Source: an uncultured Candidatus Saccharibacteria bacterium
Lineage (GTDB): Bacteria > Patescibacteriota > Minisyncoccia > UBA6257 > 2-01-FULL-56-20
DNA length: 64,000 bases
Assembly: GCA_965231155.1 (NCBI GenBank)
Contig: OZ246418.1
Span: forward strand, 302,850 to 366,849
Direction of reading: 5' to 3'
Shown here: piece after piece, positions 37,787-47,820 of the stretch
Position numbering within the stretch: position 1 is the stretch's first letter
Layout of the letters: each line of letters opens with the position of its first letter
Notes under the pieces: model-generated
Database searches by the model: none
What the model was told of the DNA's origin: nothing
The model's input: only the letters and a program-made list of their open reading frames with translations
Position numbers and translations under genes: made by a program

Positions 37787-38911
37787 TTACTTCTTCAGCT
37801 TCAGAGAGATTCTCTTTTCTTCAGTTTTCACTGAGTCGATAATAAACGAGTGCTTCTGATCAAGGACGAGGGCTTTTTTCATTTCATCAACACCACCGAA
37901 CTCAGAAACGTGAATCATTCCCTGGAGTCCGTGGTCGAGATTGATGATGGCACCATACTGGTTGAACTGATAGACCGAACCAGAGACATCCTGACCAGCG
38001 GTGAAAAGTTTTTCGGCATCTTTCCAAGGATCTTCCTGGAGAGCTTTTAAGGAAAGGAAGAGACGATCCTCTTTGATATCGATAATCTTTGCTTCGATAA
38101 CTTCGTTTACCTGGACGATTTCTTTAGGGTTACCAACGATGCGGTGACTGAGCTCGGAGATGTGAATCAAGCCTTCCACTCGTGGGTTGTCGACGAAGCG
38201 GATGAAGACGCCGAAGTTGGCAAGGCTAGTGACGAGCACTTTGACCAACTGGCCAACCTGGTACTGAGAGACCAACTCTTTCATATTTGAAGCCAAGGTT
38301 TCGCGCTCGGAGATGATGAGCTTGCCCAGGCGGGGATTGATATCGATAACCTTAACGCTCAACTCCTGACCAATGAACTTCTTGAGTTCCTCGCCGATCT
38401 TTTGTTTGTCGCCATCTTCTATTTTTGGATAGTTTTCAGCGGAGAGCTGGGAGACTGGCAAAAAGGCCTTGAGATCAAAAAGACTCGCGGTCAGTCCGCC
38501 GGTATTTGAACCATCAATTTTTACTTTGATGACTGCGCCTTCTTCCTGGACTTCTTTAATCTTCTGCCAGAGCTGCTGCTTGCCGGCTTCGGCCAGGGAG
38601 ATTTCGATGTAGCCCTGTTTGTTCTCGAGAGAGAGAATCTTTGCTGGAATTTTGTCTCCTGGCTTGGCTTTCTTGAGGAGTTCTTTGGCGTTACCAATTT
38701 CTCCACCAGAGACGACACCAGTGCCAAAACGACCAAGATCAAAGAATACACCACGAGAGTTCTTGCTGAGGAACTCGGCATCGACGACTTCACCTTCCTT
38801 TATATACTTCACAGCCTGGAGCTGATTTTTGAGGAGTTGTGCCATTGTTGGTGGCTGGCTGGCTTTGGCGTCCTCGGTCGCGGTATTAATCTTTGTTTCT
38901 TCGTTTGACAT
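37787..38911 (-). CDS. rpsA: 30S ribosomal protein S1 (four S1 domains)
   Basis: Repeated S1 motifs AFLPVSQL, GLIHISEL, GMIHVSE. Confidence 0.9.
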   Translation of the reverse strand: MSNEETKINTATEDAKASQPPTMAQLLKNQLQAVKYIKEGEVVDAEFLSKNSRGVFFDLGRFGTGVVSGGEIGNAKELLKKAKPGDKIPAKILSLENKQGYIEISLAEAGKQQLWQKIKEVQEEGAVIKVKIDGSNTGGLTASLFDLKAFLPVSQLSAENYPKIEDGDKQKIGEELKKFIGQELSVKVIDINPRLGKLIISERETLASNMKELVSQYQVGQLVKVLVTSLANFGVFIRFVDNPRVEGLIHISELSHRIVGNPKEIVQVNEVIEAKIIDIKEDRLFLSLKALQEDPWKDAEKLFTAGQDVSGSVYQFNQYGAIINLDHGLQGMIHVSEFGGVDEMKKALVLDQKHSFIIDSVKTEEKRISLKLKK

Positions 38912-39027
38912 GTCGTTTTTAGATGGGTTGTAGTATAGGCGAGCCCTCTTGATAAATCAAGGGCTCTCGCTTTTTGTTATTCCTTGATTTGTTGAAAATG
39001 GAGTTGGTTTTGAGTATACTGATGGGC

Positions 39028-39594
39028 GTGATAATTACCTATTTCGGTGAACAGTGCTTCCGCGTGGAAAGTGGGAGTACTAGTATTTTAGTTGATCCAA
39101 CGAGTAATCGTCTGAAGGCGGATATTACCCTGCGTACTTCCGCAGCTCCTGATGTGTTGCCGGCCGAGCAGACCGATATTGTCTTTCCAGGTGAGTATGA
39201 GATCGGAGGAATCGAAATTCGAGGATTTCAGGTGGCCGGGGAATCAGACGCCAAAATCCTTCGTACGATATACGAAATAATTTGGGAGGGGATTCGTTTG
39301 GTATTTCCAGGTGCGCTTAAGGAGGCGATACCAGCCGAGATTATTGATCAGTTTGGCGAAACAGATGTGTTGTTTGTACCGACCGGTGGTGAGTATCTTT
39401 CTCCAGAAGCCGCAGTTTCTTTGGTCAAGAAAATCGACCCCAAGTTTATTATTCCTTTTGGCGCGAAGGCCGGAGGTGAGTTTTTGAAAAAAATTGGACA
39501 GTCAGCAGAAACTCAGGAGAAATTAGTGTTCAAGAAAAAAGAGTTGGAGGAGATTGAGCAAAAAGTAGTACTTCTTTCCTCATATGGCGGATAG
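39028..39594 (+). CDS. MBL-fold hydrolase-like protein (Lactamase_B_3 type), degenerate
   Basis: IITYFGEQCFR, ILVDP, PGEYEIGG, DVLFVPTGG, PKFIIP; His ligands not evident. Confidence 0.75.
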   Translation: MIITYFGEQCFRVESGSTSILVDPTSNRLKADITLRTSAAPDVLPAEQTDIVFPGEYEIGGIEIRGFQVAGESDAKILRTIYEIIWEGIRLVFPGALKEAIPAEIIDQFGETDVLFVPTGGEYLSPEAAVSLVKKIDPKFIIPFGAKAGGEFLKKIGQSAETQEKLVFKKKELEEIEQKVVLLSSYGG

Positions 39595-39910
39595 CACACT
39601 TTTTAGTGGACAACAGTTTTTGAATAATTTGCAGGCTGCCGATCATCGTCGGAAACAGCGTTTTGTTGTCTTCGCGAGCATGTTTTTTGTGACACTCGTG
39701 ATTTTTGTCTGGTTTTCTTCCCCGTTTTTTTTCAAGAATGGTATGGCGCGAGTCGAGGGCATGGTGGAGCCTGATTTCTCACTCTGGCAAACAGTAAAAA
39801 GTGGGAGTATGCTGATGACTCAGAATCTAACCGAACAGGTTCGTTCGATTAAAAATCCTTTTGCGGTAGCCGAGAAGAACTATATTATTACGCCTTCAGC
39901 AACACAGTAA
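39584..39910 (+). CDS. Small single-TM hypothetical protein
   Basis: One hydrophobic helix; packed between the MBL gene and gyrA. Confidence 0.65.
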   Translation: MADSTLFSGQQFLNNLQAADHRRKQRFVVFASMFFVTLVIFVWFSSPFFFKNGMARVEGMVEPDFSLWQTVKSGSMLMTQNLTEQVRSIKNPFAVAEKNYIITPSATQ

Positions 39911-39916
39911 TTTATT

Positions 39917-42364
39917 ATGTCTAAGATAGAAAAAAGAGAAATAACTGGAGAGCTCCAAGATTCCTATTTGGAGTACGCCATGTCCGTCATCATTACGCGC
40001 GCTTTGCCGGACGTGCGAGACGGTATGAAGCCAGTGCATCGTCGTATTCTTTGGGATATGTGGGATAGTGGTTTGACCTATCAGGCGAAGACTCGAAAAT
40101 CTGCGAACGTGGTTGGTCAGGTATTAGGCCGGTACCATCCTCATGGCGACTCTTCTGTCTATGACGCCATGGTTCGTATGGCTCAGGATTTTTCTTTGCG
40201 CTATCCGTTAGTCTTGGGACAGGGAAACTTTGGTTCGATTGATGGTGATGGTCCCGCTGCCTATCGTTATACCGAAGCTAAACTGGCGAAGATTTCTTCC
40301 GAGGTACTGCTTGATATCGACAAGGAAACTGTAGACTGGCGTCCAAACTATGATGGCACCCGAGAGGAGCCAAGTGTTTTGCCAGCCAAACTACCAAACC
40401 TTCTCTTGAATGGTACGGTTGGTATTGCTGTTGGTATGGCGACGAATATTCCACCGCACAATCTTTCCGAAGTGTGCGATGCGACGTTACATTTAATCGA
40501 CGATCCGGATTCAACTGGGGAGGATCTTTTGCAGTTTGTTCAGGGACCAGACTTTCCAACTGGGGGAATTATTTTTGATAAAAAAGCTATTCGAGAAGCC
40601 TATCTTACCGGCAAGGGGAAGATTACCACTCGTGCCAAGGCGGAGATTGAGGAACGAAAAGGGAAGGGTTTTGATATTATAATTACCGAAATTCCGTATC
40701 AGGTGAACAAGTCTGACTTAGTGCAGAAGATGGCCGCTTTGGTGACGGATAAAAAGATCGAGGGTGTTCGTGATTTGCGTGATGAGTCAGACAAGGAAGG
40801 TTTGCGTATTGTAGTAGAGCTGAAGAATGATGCACCACCACAGAAGATTTTAAACCAGCTGTACTTACATACCGATCTGCAGAAGGATTTTCACTTGAAT
40901 ATGATTGCTCTGGCCAAGGGGATTGAGCCACGACTTTTTTCGCTCAAAGAAATTTTAGAGGCGTATCTTGAACACCGTAAAGAAGTTGTTCGTCGCCGGA
41001 CGATGTTTGATCTGAAGAAGGCCGAAGAGCGAGCGCACATTCTTGAGGGCTTAGCTCTGGCGCTTGGTTCTATCGACAAGGTCATCGCCATTATTAAGAA
41101 ATCTAAGGACAAGGAAGAGGCTCACCAGAACTTGCGTAAGACATTCAAGTTCAGCGATCTTCAGGCCAGCGCAATTTTAGAAATGCGTCTGCACGCTTTG
41201 GCTCGTTTGGAAAAAGAAAAGATTGATGCCGAACTCAAGGAGAAGCTGGCGCTGATTAAAGAACTAAATCTTATTCTGAAGAGCCCTGCGAGAATTTTAA
41301 AGATTATCAAAGACGAGTTGATAGAGTTGAAAGCCAAATATGGAGATGCGCGTCGCACCAAGGTGGTTGCTGGAGGATTATCTGCCTTCAACGAAGAGGA
41401 TCTGATTCCTGAGGAGCAGACAATCATCACTCTTTCTGCTGGTGGGTATATCAAGCGAGTAACCCCTGACACCTTCAAGGTGCAGCGACGCGGTGGAAAA
41501 GGTTTGATTGGTTCTGATGTGGCGGATGAGGACTTCCTTTCTCACTTTGTAACTGCCAGTACTCATGATTCTATTCTTTTCTTCACCGATCGCGGACGTG
41601 TGTTCCAGACTAAGGTCTATGAAATTCCTGTGGGCAGTCGTATTGCCAAGGGCCGCGCGATCCATAATTTCTTAGAACTTTCCTCCGAGGAGAAGGTCAG
41701 CGCTATTGTTACCTATAAGGAAGGCAGTGCTAAAGAAACAGCTGATAATCCAAAGCACTTGGTGATGACTACGAAAAACGGTTTGATTAAGCGCACGCCA
41801 CTTGAGGACTTTAAGAATATTCGTCGAACTGGCATTATCGCTATTTCGTTACAGAAAGGTGATGCCCTTCGTTGGGTTCGTCCTTCGCTTGGTAGTGATG
41901 AGATTATCATGGTCACCAAACAGGGTCAGTCGATTCGCTTCAAGGAGAATCAGGTTCGTTCTATGGGACGCACGGCGGCCGGTGTTCGTGGCATTCGTTT
42001 GAAGAGTAAGGATGAAGTGGTCGGTTTTGATATTATTGCTGCACTGAACAAAGGAAAAGCAGAAGAAGTGAACTTCTTGGTAGTTATGGAGCATGGTTTT
42101 GCCAAGCAGACGCCACTCTCCGACTACCGCCTTCAGAATCGTGGTGGGGGAGGTATTCGAACGGCGAAGATTACACCAAAGACGGGTGCTTTGGTTGCTG
42201 GGCAAATTATCTCTGAAGCAACTGAACTCCTCGCACTTTCTGAAAAAGGACAGATTATCCGAACCTTGCTTGAGAGTATTCGAACAGCTAGCCGTGGGAC
42301 TCAGGGAGTCCGCATTATGAGTGTGGCTGATAAGGACAGAGTGGCTGGTATTGTACTTATTTAA
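39917..42364 (+). CDS. gyrA: DNA gyrase subunit A
   Basis: [30 protein letters not shown], GyrA box QRRGGKG. Confidence 0.98.
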   Translation: MSKIEKREITGELQDSYLEYAMSVIITRALPDVRDGMKPVHRRILWDMWDSGLTYQAKTRKSANVVGQVLGRYHPHGDSSVYDAMVRMAQDFSLRYPLVLGQGNFGSIDGDGPAAYRYTEAKLAKISSEVLLDIDKETVDWRPNYDGTREEPSVLPAKLPNLLLNGTVGIAVGMATNIPPHNLSEVCDATLHLIDDPDSTGEDLLQFVQGPDFPTGGIIFDKKAIREAYLTGKGKITTRAKAEIEERKGKGFDIIITEIPYQVNKSDLVQKMAALVTDKKIEGVRDLRDESDKEGLRIVVELKNDAPPQKILNQLYLHTDLQKDFHLNMIALAKGIEPRLFSLKEILEAYLEHRKEVVRRRTMFDLKKAEERAHILEGLALALGSIDKVIAIIKKSKDKEEAHQNLRKTFKFSDLQASAILEMRLHALARLEKEKIDAELKEKLALIKELNLILKSPARILKIIKDELIELKAKYGDARRTKVVAGGLSAFNEEDLIPEEQTIITLSAGGYIKRVTPDTFKVQRRGGKGLIGSDVADEDFLSHFVTASTHDSILFFTDRGRVFQTKVYEIPVGSRIAKGRAIHNFLELSSEEKVSAIVTYKEGSAKETADNPKHLVMTTKNGLIKRTPLEDFKNIRRTGIIAISLQKGDALRWVRPSLGSDEIIMVTKQGQSIRFKENQVRSMGRTAAGVRGIRLKSKDEVVGFDIIAALNKGKAEEVNFLVVMEHGFAKQTPLSDYRLQNRGGGGIRTAKITPKTGALVAGQIISEATELLALSEKGQIIRTLLESIRTASRGTQGVRIMSVADKDRVAGIVLI

Positions 42365-42434
42365 GTCAGTATTCTAGAGATCAACTGCGTGAACTAGAGA
42401 CACCTTTTTCAAGGGCTGGTATACTTAATGACAT

Positions 42435-43721
42435 ATGCAATTTTCTAAAAGACAGATCTTTTTAGTTATCTCTCTGATCGCGGGTATTGGAATAACAATT
42501 TTTCTTTTGTATTCCAGCATAAAAACTGAGGATACTGGCCCTGGTTCTATTAACGCAGCGAAAAGGACAAATAAGTTGGTGGTGTGGGGAGTGGATGATT
42601 CGAGCGCTTTCGCCACGATTAAAAAGAATTTTGAAGCTACCTATAAAGACGCGTCTGTAAATTATGTGCAACTTGATGAGGCGGTTATTCAGAGTCAGTT
42701 AGTGCAGGCACTGGCCAACAATCAAGGTCCGGATGTAATTATGATTAAAAACCGGACGCTGGCGAGACAGAAAAACTTTTTAGCACCAGCACCGGCCACG
42801 AAGATGAGCCTATCTCGATTCCGAGGTCTTTTTCCTACCGTAGCCGAACAGGATTTCACCGATTCAGGTCGTCAGATTTATGCTCTGCCTTTGTCTATTG
42901 ATACCCTGGCCTTAATTTACAACAAAGATTTTTTTGATCAGGCGAGAATTATTCAGCCTCCAGCGACGTGGACGGAGTTGGCGGATATCGTTCCTCAGTT
43001 GGTAAAACCGGGGAAGGGAGGACAGTTTGATCGATCAGCCGTTGCTCTTGGTGGTTCGAATAAGTCGATGACGAATGCCGGTGATGTCCTGACACTTCTT
43101 TTCATGCAGAGCGGCGCACGACTTGCTTCGGGTGAATTGGGAGTTGATGGACCTGGTCGTAAGGCTCTCAATTTCTATCTTCAGTTCTCTAATCCTCGAT
43201 CGTTGGCCTATACCTGGAATGATCTCCAGTCTAATGATCTTCAGAGTTTCGCTAACCTTCGAGCTGCTATGGTTATTGCGTACAAGAGACAGATCCCTTT
43301 TATCACCAATCAGAATAGTTTTGTGAACTATGGGATCGCATCAGTTCCTCAGTTGAGTACAGACAGAGTTGATTATGCAAATAGTTGGGGGCTGGCCGTT
43401 ACTCGAAATAGTCGCTTTTCGGCGAGAGCTTGGGATTTTGTAGTCTATGCAACAACGGTACAGCAGAATGCTCAGGCGTATAGCCAGGCGACAAAACTTC
43501 CTCCAGCGCTTCGAGAGCTTTTGGCCACCAACTATAACGATCCTGAACTTGGTGTGTTTGCTCAGCAGGCCCTCACCGCTCGTTCTTGGAACTCTCCCGA
43601 CGAAAAGCAAACGAGAGATATCTTCTCCGGCATGGTTGATTCTTATCTGACTGGACAGATGGATCAGGAGTCAGCGCTTGGTCGAGCACAAAATATACTG
43701 TCTCAAATATTTAGAAAATAA
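42435..43721 (+). CDS. Membrane-anchored extracellular solute-binding protein (family 1, sugar type)
   Basis: GPDVI, IYALPLSIDTLALIYNKDFF, PPATWTEL, AWDFV. Confidence 0.85.
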   Translation: MQFSKRQIFLVISLIAGIGITIFLLYSSIKTEDTGPGSINAAKRTNKLVVWGVDDSSAFATIKKNFEATYKDASVNYVQLDEAVIQSQLVQALANNQGPDVIMIKNRTLARQKNFLAPAPATKMSLSRFRGLFPTVAEQDFTDSGRQIYALPLSIDTLALIYNKDFFDQARIIQPPATWTELADIVPQLVKPGKGGQFDRSAVALGGSNKSMTNAGDVLTLLFMQSGARLASGELGVDGPGRKALNFYLQFSNPRSLAYTWNDLQSNDLQSFANLRAAMVIAYKRQIPFITNQNSFVNYGIASVPQLSTDRVDYANSWGLAVTRNSRFSARAWDFVVYATTVQQNAQAYSQATKLPPALRELLATNYNDPELGVFAQQALTARSWNSPDEKQTRDIFSGMVDSYLTGQMDQESALGRAQNILSQIFRK

Positions 43722-43725
43722 GACT

Positions 43726-44238
43726 ATGTTCTTGAAGCCATACTTTCTTTTTGTCGGAGTTCTCTTGGTTTTTGTTCTAACTCTTTCCATTCCTCAGGCG
43801 GCGCTTGCTGCAGGCGCGAATCAGTGCAAAGTAGAAACTCCCCAGTTCTTACCAGGCGGATACTGGGGTCAGAATCCGCCACTCCTTCCTTGTGGAATAG
43901 GTCCGATTGAAACACGAGTGGATTGTTTGGAGTGTGGCCTTTGTGGTCTTCTGATGCTGGGGCAGCGAATAATCTACCTCATGTTGAGCTTTCTTTTCTT
44001 CGTGGTGGCACCTATTCGATTTATTTGGGGAGGGTTTCTTATTCTTGTCTCTCGTGGATCAAGCGAAACCGTCGCGCAGGGGAGAAAGATGATATATTAC
44101 ACCGTGATCGGCCTAATGATTGGTCTGGGAGCGTTTCTCATCGTCCAGACATTTCTCTGGCTTCTTGGTAATCTGGGTGGCGATCAGATCGGCTGGCCCG
44201 ATATAAAATGTCAACGGAACATTCGCCCATTGAGTTGA
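43726..44238 (+). CDS. VirB2/TrbC-like pilin 1 (Cys-rich N-domain)
   Basis: Signal peptide; TM-GGFLILVSRGSSETVAQGRKMIYYTVIG-TM. Confidence 0.8.
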   Translation: MFLKPYFLFVGVLLVFVLTLSIPQAALAAGANQCKVETPQFLPGGYWGQNPPLLPCGIGPIETRVDCLECGLCGLLMLGQRIIYLMLSFLFFVVAPIRFIWGGFLILVSRGSSETVAQGRKMIYYTVIGLMIGLGAFLIVQTFLWLLGNLGGDQIGWPDIKCQRNIRPLS

Positions 44239-44287
44239 GGGTGTTTTATTCTCTGAAAATTGATTACAATGTGTGCATAAAGAAAAT

Positions 44288-44677
44288 ATGAAAAGTTTAC
44301 TGCCTGGAGCCGGATTAGTTTTTCTTCTGATAGTAGTCGCAATGCCACTGCACGTTCTTGGAGTGGGACCAGGAGATCCCGGCGATGGCACGATTAGTCT
44401 CGCCGATCCCTTTAACTGTAGTACTGCTACTTCTGATGCCCCTTGCTTGATTCAGGTTCTAGGAGGAATCATCGGTCGCTTCAGTCAGATCGTGGTGCCT
44501 GTTCTTGTGGCAATGATTTTGTACGGAGGATTTCAGATGATGGCTGCCCGGGGCAGTACTGAGAAGTATGGTGCAGGAAAGAAGACTATCACTTACGCCG
44601 TCATTGGTTTTGCGGTCATCCTGGTCTCTCAGGGGATTGGATATATCTTGATTGATCTCCTTACGAGGCGAGCCTGA
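44288..44677 (+). CDS. VirB2/TrbC-like pilin 2
   Basis: YGGFQMMAARGSTEKYGAGKKTITYAVIG. Confidence 0.8.
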   Translation: MKSLLPGAGLVFLLIVVAMPLHVLGVGPGDPGDGTISLADPFNCSTATSDAPCLIQVLGGIIGRFSQIVVPVLVAMILYGGFQMMAARGSTEKYGAGKKTITYAVIGFAVILVSQGIGYILIDLLTRRA

Positions 44678-44760
44678 GGATTTTTGATTTTGCTTCTTGA
44701 TATGCTATACTCTTTAAACATATAAAAGGTCGGTATTTCCTTATATTATTTTCAATTGTA

Positions 44761-45144
44761 ATGACAAAGAACTTTAAAATTACCTTAGGAGCAGCTTCGA
44801 CAGCTTTGGTGTCTTTGGTGCCAATGGCTACTTCGTTTGCCTTCGTGACCGCTACTTTGCCAACGTTTACTCAGGTTGAGGCGCCAAAGGGTGGTAACGA
44901 GATTACTTCCTTCAATGGCATCTTGGCTATCTTAGTAACCATTTTGGGTTACGTCCAAGCTTTGTTCTGGATTGCCGCTGTGTTTACTGGTCTCTATGCC
45001 GCTTTCATGTACCTCACTGCTGGTGGTGAAGGAGAAAAAATCTCCAAAGCTAACCAGATGTTGATCTACACTGTTGTCGCGGTTATCGTGGCTGTTATCG
45101 CTTACTCGATCCCGGCGTTCGTGAAGACGACTATCCAGTCATAG
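44761..45144 (+). CDS. VirB2/TrbC-like pilin 3, probable major pilin
   Basis: YAAFMYLTAGGEGEKISKANQMLIYTVVA; own -10 (TATACT near 44706) and terminator. Confidence 0.82.
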   Translation: MTKNFKITLGAASTALVSLVPMATSFAFVTATLPTFTQVEAPKGGNEITSFNGILAILVTILGYVQALFWIAAVFTGLYAAFMYLTAGGEGEKISKANQMLIYTVVAVIVAVIAYSIPAFVKTTIQS

Positions 45145-45166
45145 TATCTTTAGAGATTATCTCTAC

Positions 45167-45193
45167 AAAAAAGACCCTTTTTGGGTCTTTTTT
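45167..45193 (+). terminator. Intrinsic terminator after pilin 3
   Basis: AAAAAAGACCC-TTTTT-GGGTCTTTTTT. Confidence 0.8.
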
Positions 45194-45317
45194 GTTTCCA
45201 CTTTTTGATTCACAACGAAGCTCCTAACTGGCCTCCCATTATGCCTCTTGGATATGGGAGGGCAGTTAGGAGCGAGTCACTTGTTGCTTTTTTTGTCTTA
45301 CGGTAGAATAAATACTA

Positions 45318-45665
45318 ATGAGAACTTATGCGTCTATTCTGTTTTTCATAATTCTTGGTGCGCCGTTAGTTTCTTTTGCAGTTGCAGTACCCACTTGTGG
45401 TCCTAGTACTTCTCCTCTCTGCAATGTGGATGATGTCATTAGCTTAATTACCGCATTGGTGAATTATATGCAGGTCGTGTTTTGGATTTTGGCGGCAGCC
45501 TCAGGGCTCTATGCAGGGATACTGTATCTTCGGAGTGGTGGTAAGCCAGAAATGTTAAAGAGTGCCGAGAAACAACTTATCTATACAGTAGTGGCGGTCG
45601 CTGTAGCCGTCATGGCATACGGCATTCCTAAGCTTGTCGATAGTTTCTTACGTCTTCGCGCTTAG
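45318..45665 (+). CDS. VirB2/TrbC-like pilin 4
   Basis: YAGILYLRSGGKPEMLKSAEKQLIYTVVA...YGIP. Confidence 0.8.
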   Translation: MRTYASILFFIILGAPLVSFAVAVPTCGPSTSPLCNVDDVISLITALVNYMQVVFWILAAASGLYAGILYLRSGGKPEMLKSAEKQLIYTVVAVAVAVMAYGIPKLVDSFLRLRA

Positions 45666-45677
45666 CTTGATCTTTTT

Positions 45678-46229
45678 ATGAACCTACAAGAGGTCATCCA
45701 GGTAAAGAAAGTGTCCTCGGTAGTATCTTTCCCGATTGTTTTTTCTTTCATTTTTTTTATAATCTTTTCTTCCGGAGCTTTTCCAGTTGCCAGAGCAGAC
45801 TATCGTTGCGAAATTGCCGGTCCAAGCTTTGGCAATGTGTATGGGAGTGCAATTGATTGCTCAACGAGCTGTGGTGGTGTATGTGCGTCAGTTCCTGGTG
45901 GGGGAGGATCTTCGGGTGGTTCCGGGTTCACTCCGAGATATCCAACCTCTCGGTTGCCAGAAGGTGGTAATGCACCCGTAACAAATGCCGGACAAGTTTT
46001 GGATGTCGTAGTAAATATGTTGAACTTTGCGCAGGCCGTGTTTTGGGTGATGGCCGCCGGCTTTGGTCTCTATGGCGCCTACCTCTATCTTTTCTCGCAG
46101 GGAAACAAGGAGAGTGTTACTCAGGCCAAGAATATGATGGTGTATACTGTAGTAGCAGTGATGATTGCCATAATTTCGTACGGTATCCCTGCAATTATTA
46201 ATAATTTTGTGGCAATTAGTACTTCTTAA
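45678..46229 (+). CDS. VirB2/TrbC-like pilin 5 (4-Cys N-domain)
   Basis: GLYGAYLYLFSQGNKESVTQAKNM...YGIP. Confidence 0.8.
   Translation: MNLQEVIQVKKVSSVVSFPIVFSFIFFIIFSSGAFPVARADYRCEIAGPSFGNVYGSAIDCSTSCGGVCASVPGGGGSSGGSGFTPRYPTSRLPEGGNAPVTNAGQVLDVVVNMLNFAQAVFWVMAAGFGLYGAYLYLFSQGNKESVTQAKNMMVYTVVAVMIAIISYGIPAIINNFVAISTS
46053..46136 (+). repeat. 84-bp exact repeat shared by pilins 5 and 6 (second copy 46444..46527)
   Basis: GCCGCCGGCTTTGGTCTC...GCCAAGAATATG is identical in both genes. Confidence 0.92.
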
Positions 46230-46230
46230 T

Positions 46231-46620
46231 ATGAAAAATTATTATAAATTAGTCGGTTTCTTGGGAGGAGTTGTTTCTTTGGGTGGTGTTTTCGTGAGTG
46301 CCACAACGGTTCAAGCAGTTTGGAATCAGTATCCAACGTTTAGCGATCCACCGAGAGGGAATGCGCCGATTACCAGCGTCAATGATTCTTTGAATATTAT
46401 TGTGAATATTATCGACTTTGCGCAGGTTGCGTTTTTCATTCTCGCCGCCGGCTTTGGTCTCTATGGCGCCTACCTCTATCTTTTCTCGCAGGGAAACAAG
46501 GAGAGTGTTACTCAGGCCAAGAATATGTTTATTTATATGGCCGTTGCCATCTTTGTGGCTATTATTGCCTATGGAATCCCTTCTATCGTTGTAAACTTTG
46601 TAGACATAAGTATTTCTTAA
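46231..46620 (+). CDS. VirB2/TrbC-like pilin 6
   Basis: Same core as pilin 5; short Cys-free N-domain. Confidence 0.8.
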   Translation: MKNYYKLVGFLGGVVSLGGVFVSATTVQAVWNQYPTFSDPPRGNAPITSVNDSLNIIVNIIDFAQVAFFILAAGFGLYGAYLYLFSQGNKESVTQAKNMFIYMAVAIFVAIIAYGIPSIVVNFVDISIS

Positions 46621-46623
46621 ATC

Positions 46624-47220
46624 ATGATACTCAAACAAGAGATTCGTCTAATAGTTTGTGGAGTATTCCTTTCTTTTGCTTTTTTAGTTTTCCTGGGAGT
46701 AACTGCCCCTCAACTAGCCCGAGCCGATTTTGTGTGTGAGGCGTATGGTACTCGAGTAAGCGATGAGGTTGCTTGTAATCACGACTGTCCAGATGCTTGT
46801 GTGCCAGTCGGTCGTTCTGGAGGAAGTGTGGCAACTCCTCCTTCATCAGCACCAGCATCGACGCCAGCACCTTCTCGAACTCCTTCAAGGACTGCGCCGG
46901 GAGTGAATCGTTTTGCCAATGAAAATACCCCATACCCTCATAATGTTGCCGACCAGATTCCTCGAGGGGGCCCAATTAGTGATGTGGATAGTTTTTTGTA
47001 TATTCTTACGGCGATTATTGAGTTTGCGGAAGCAATATTTTGGATTCTCGCCGTTGGCTTCGGTCTCTATGGCGCCTATCTGTATCTCTTCTCTCAGGGA
47101 AATTCAGAAAAGGCGGGGCAGGCCAGGAAGATATTTATATATGCAGCCATTGCTTCACTTTTAGCCATTGTGTCGTACGGCATTCCTGGTCTTGTTGAAA
47201 GTTTTGTCTTAGGATATTAA
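46624..47220 (+). CDS. VirB2/TrbC-like pilin 7 (4-Cys N-domain, Pro/Ser linker)
   Basis: GLYGAYLYLFSQGNSEKAGQARKIFIYAA...YGIP. Confidence 0.8.
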   Translation: MILKQEIRLIVCGVFLSFAFLVFLGVTAPQLARADFVCEAYGTRVSDEVACNHDCPDACVPVGRSGGSVATPPSSAPASTPAPSRTPSRTAPGVNRFANENTPYPHNVADQIPRGGPISDVDSFLYILTAIIEFAEAIFWILAVGFGLYGAYLYLFSQGNSEKAGQARKIFIYAAIASLLAIVSYGIPGLVESFVLGY

Positions 47221-47738
47221 TGCAAACTATGAATATTTTTAAAAGAATAGGACTGTCGGTTTCTTTGCTTTTGATTGTTATTACGACATTTGCGCCAATA
47301 TCTGCAGGGGCTATTTCTCGTTCTCGTCCGGGAGAGAGTCGAGTTTGTTTTGGGGTGGGTAATACGATAATCGATCTGAGCGGTCTTCCTTGTTTTGCGG
47401 GAATCTGTCTTCAGGCTGATCTTGAAGATGGTTGTCGAAGACTTGGTGGAACGTATGGAGTGATGCCTCAGTATACCGGTCCAGCGAGAACCAATGCGCC
47501 AGTTCAAGACGTCAATGATTTCCTTCAGATTCTTACCGACCTGGTGAGACTTGCCCAGATGGTCTTTTGGATTTTTGCAGTCGGCTTTGGTCTCTATGCT
47601 GCCTATCTTTATCTCTTTTCTGGAGGGAGTAAGGAGAGTGTTAGCCAGGCGCACAAGATGTTGATTTATACTGCCGTGGCATCATTAGTGGCAATTCTTG
47701 CGTACGGTATTCCGGGAATCATCGACAGCTTCTTCTAA
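47220..47738 (+). CDS. VirB2/TrbC-like pilin 8 (4-Cys N-domain)
   Basis: GLYAAYLYLFSGGSKESVSQAHKMLIYTA...YGIP; TAATG coupling to pilin 7. Confidence 0.8.
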   Translation: MQTMNIFKRIGLSVSLLLIVITTFAPISAGAISRSRPGESRVCFGVGNTIIDLSGLPCFAGICLQADLEDGCRRLGGTYGVMPQYTGPARTNAPVQDVNDFLQILTDLVRLAQMVFWIFAVGFGLYAAYLYLFSGGSKESVSQAHKMLIYTAVASLVAILAYGIPGIIDSFF

Positions 47739-47760
47739 AATAGATTTTTGAGAGAAAGAA

Positions 47761-47800
47761 AAAAGGCCATCGCTCGGGGGTTACCCAGGCGATGGCCTTT
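47761..47800. terminator. Bidirectional terminator between convergent units
   Basis: AAAGGCCATCGC...GCGATGGCCTTT. Confidence 0.7.
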
Positions 47801-47820
47801 GTATTTACCTGCAATGTGCT

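Noticed and set aside
43726-47738. Diversity-generating retroelement or CRISPR explanation for the repeats
   Set aside because: No reverse transcriptase, no adenine-specific mismatch pattern and no regular repeat-spacer period; the repeats are in-frame coding sequence.
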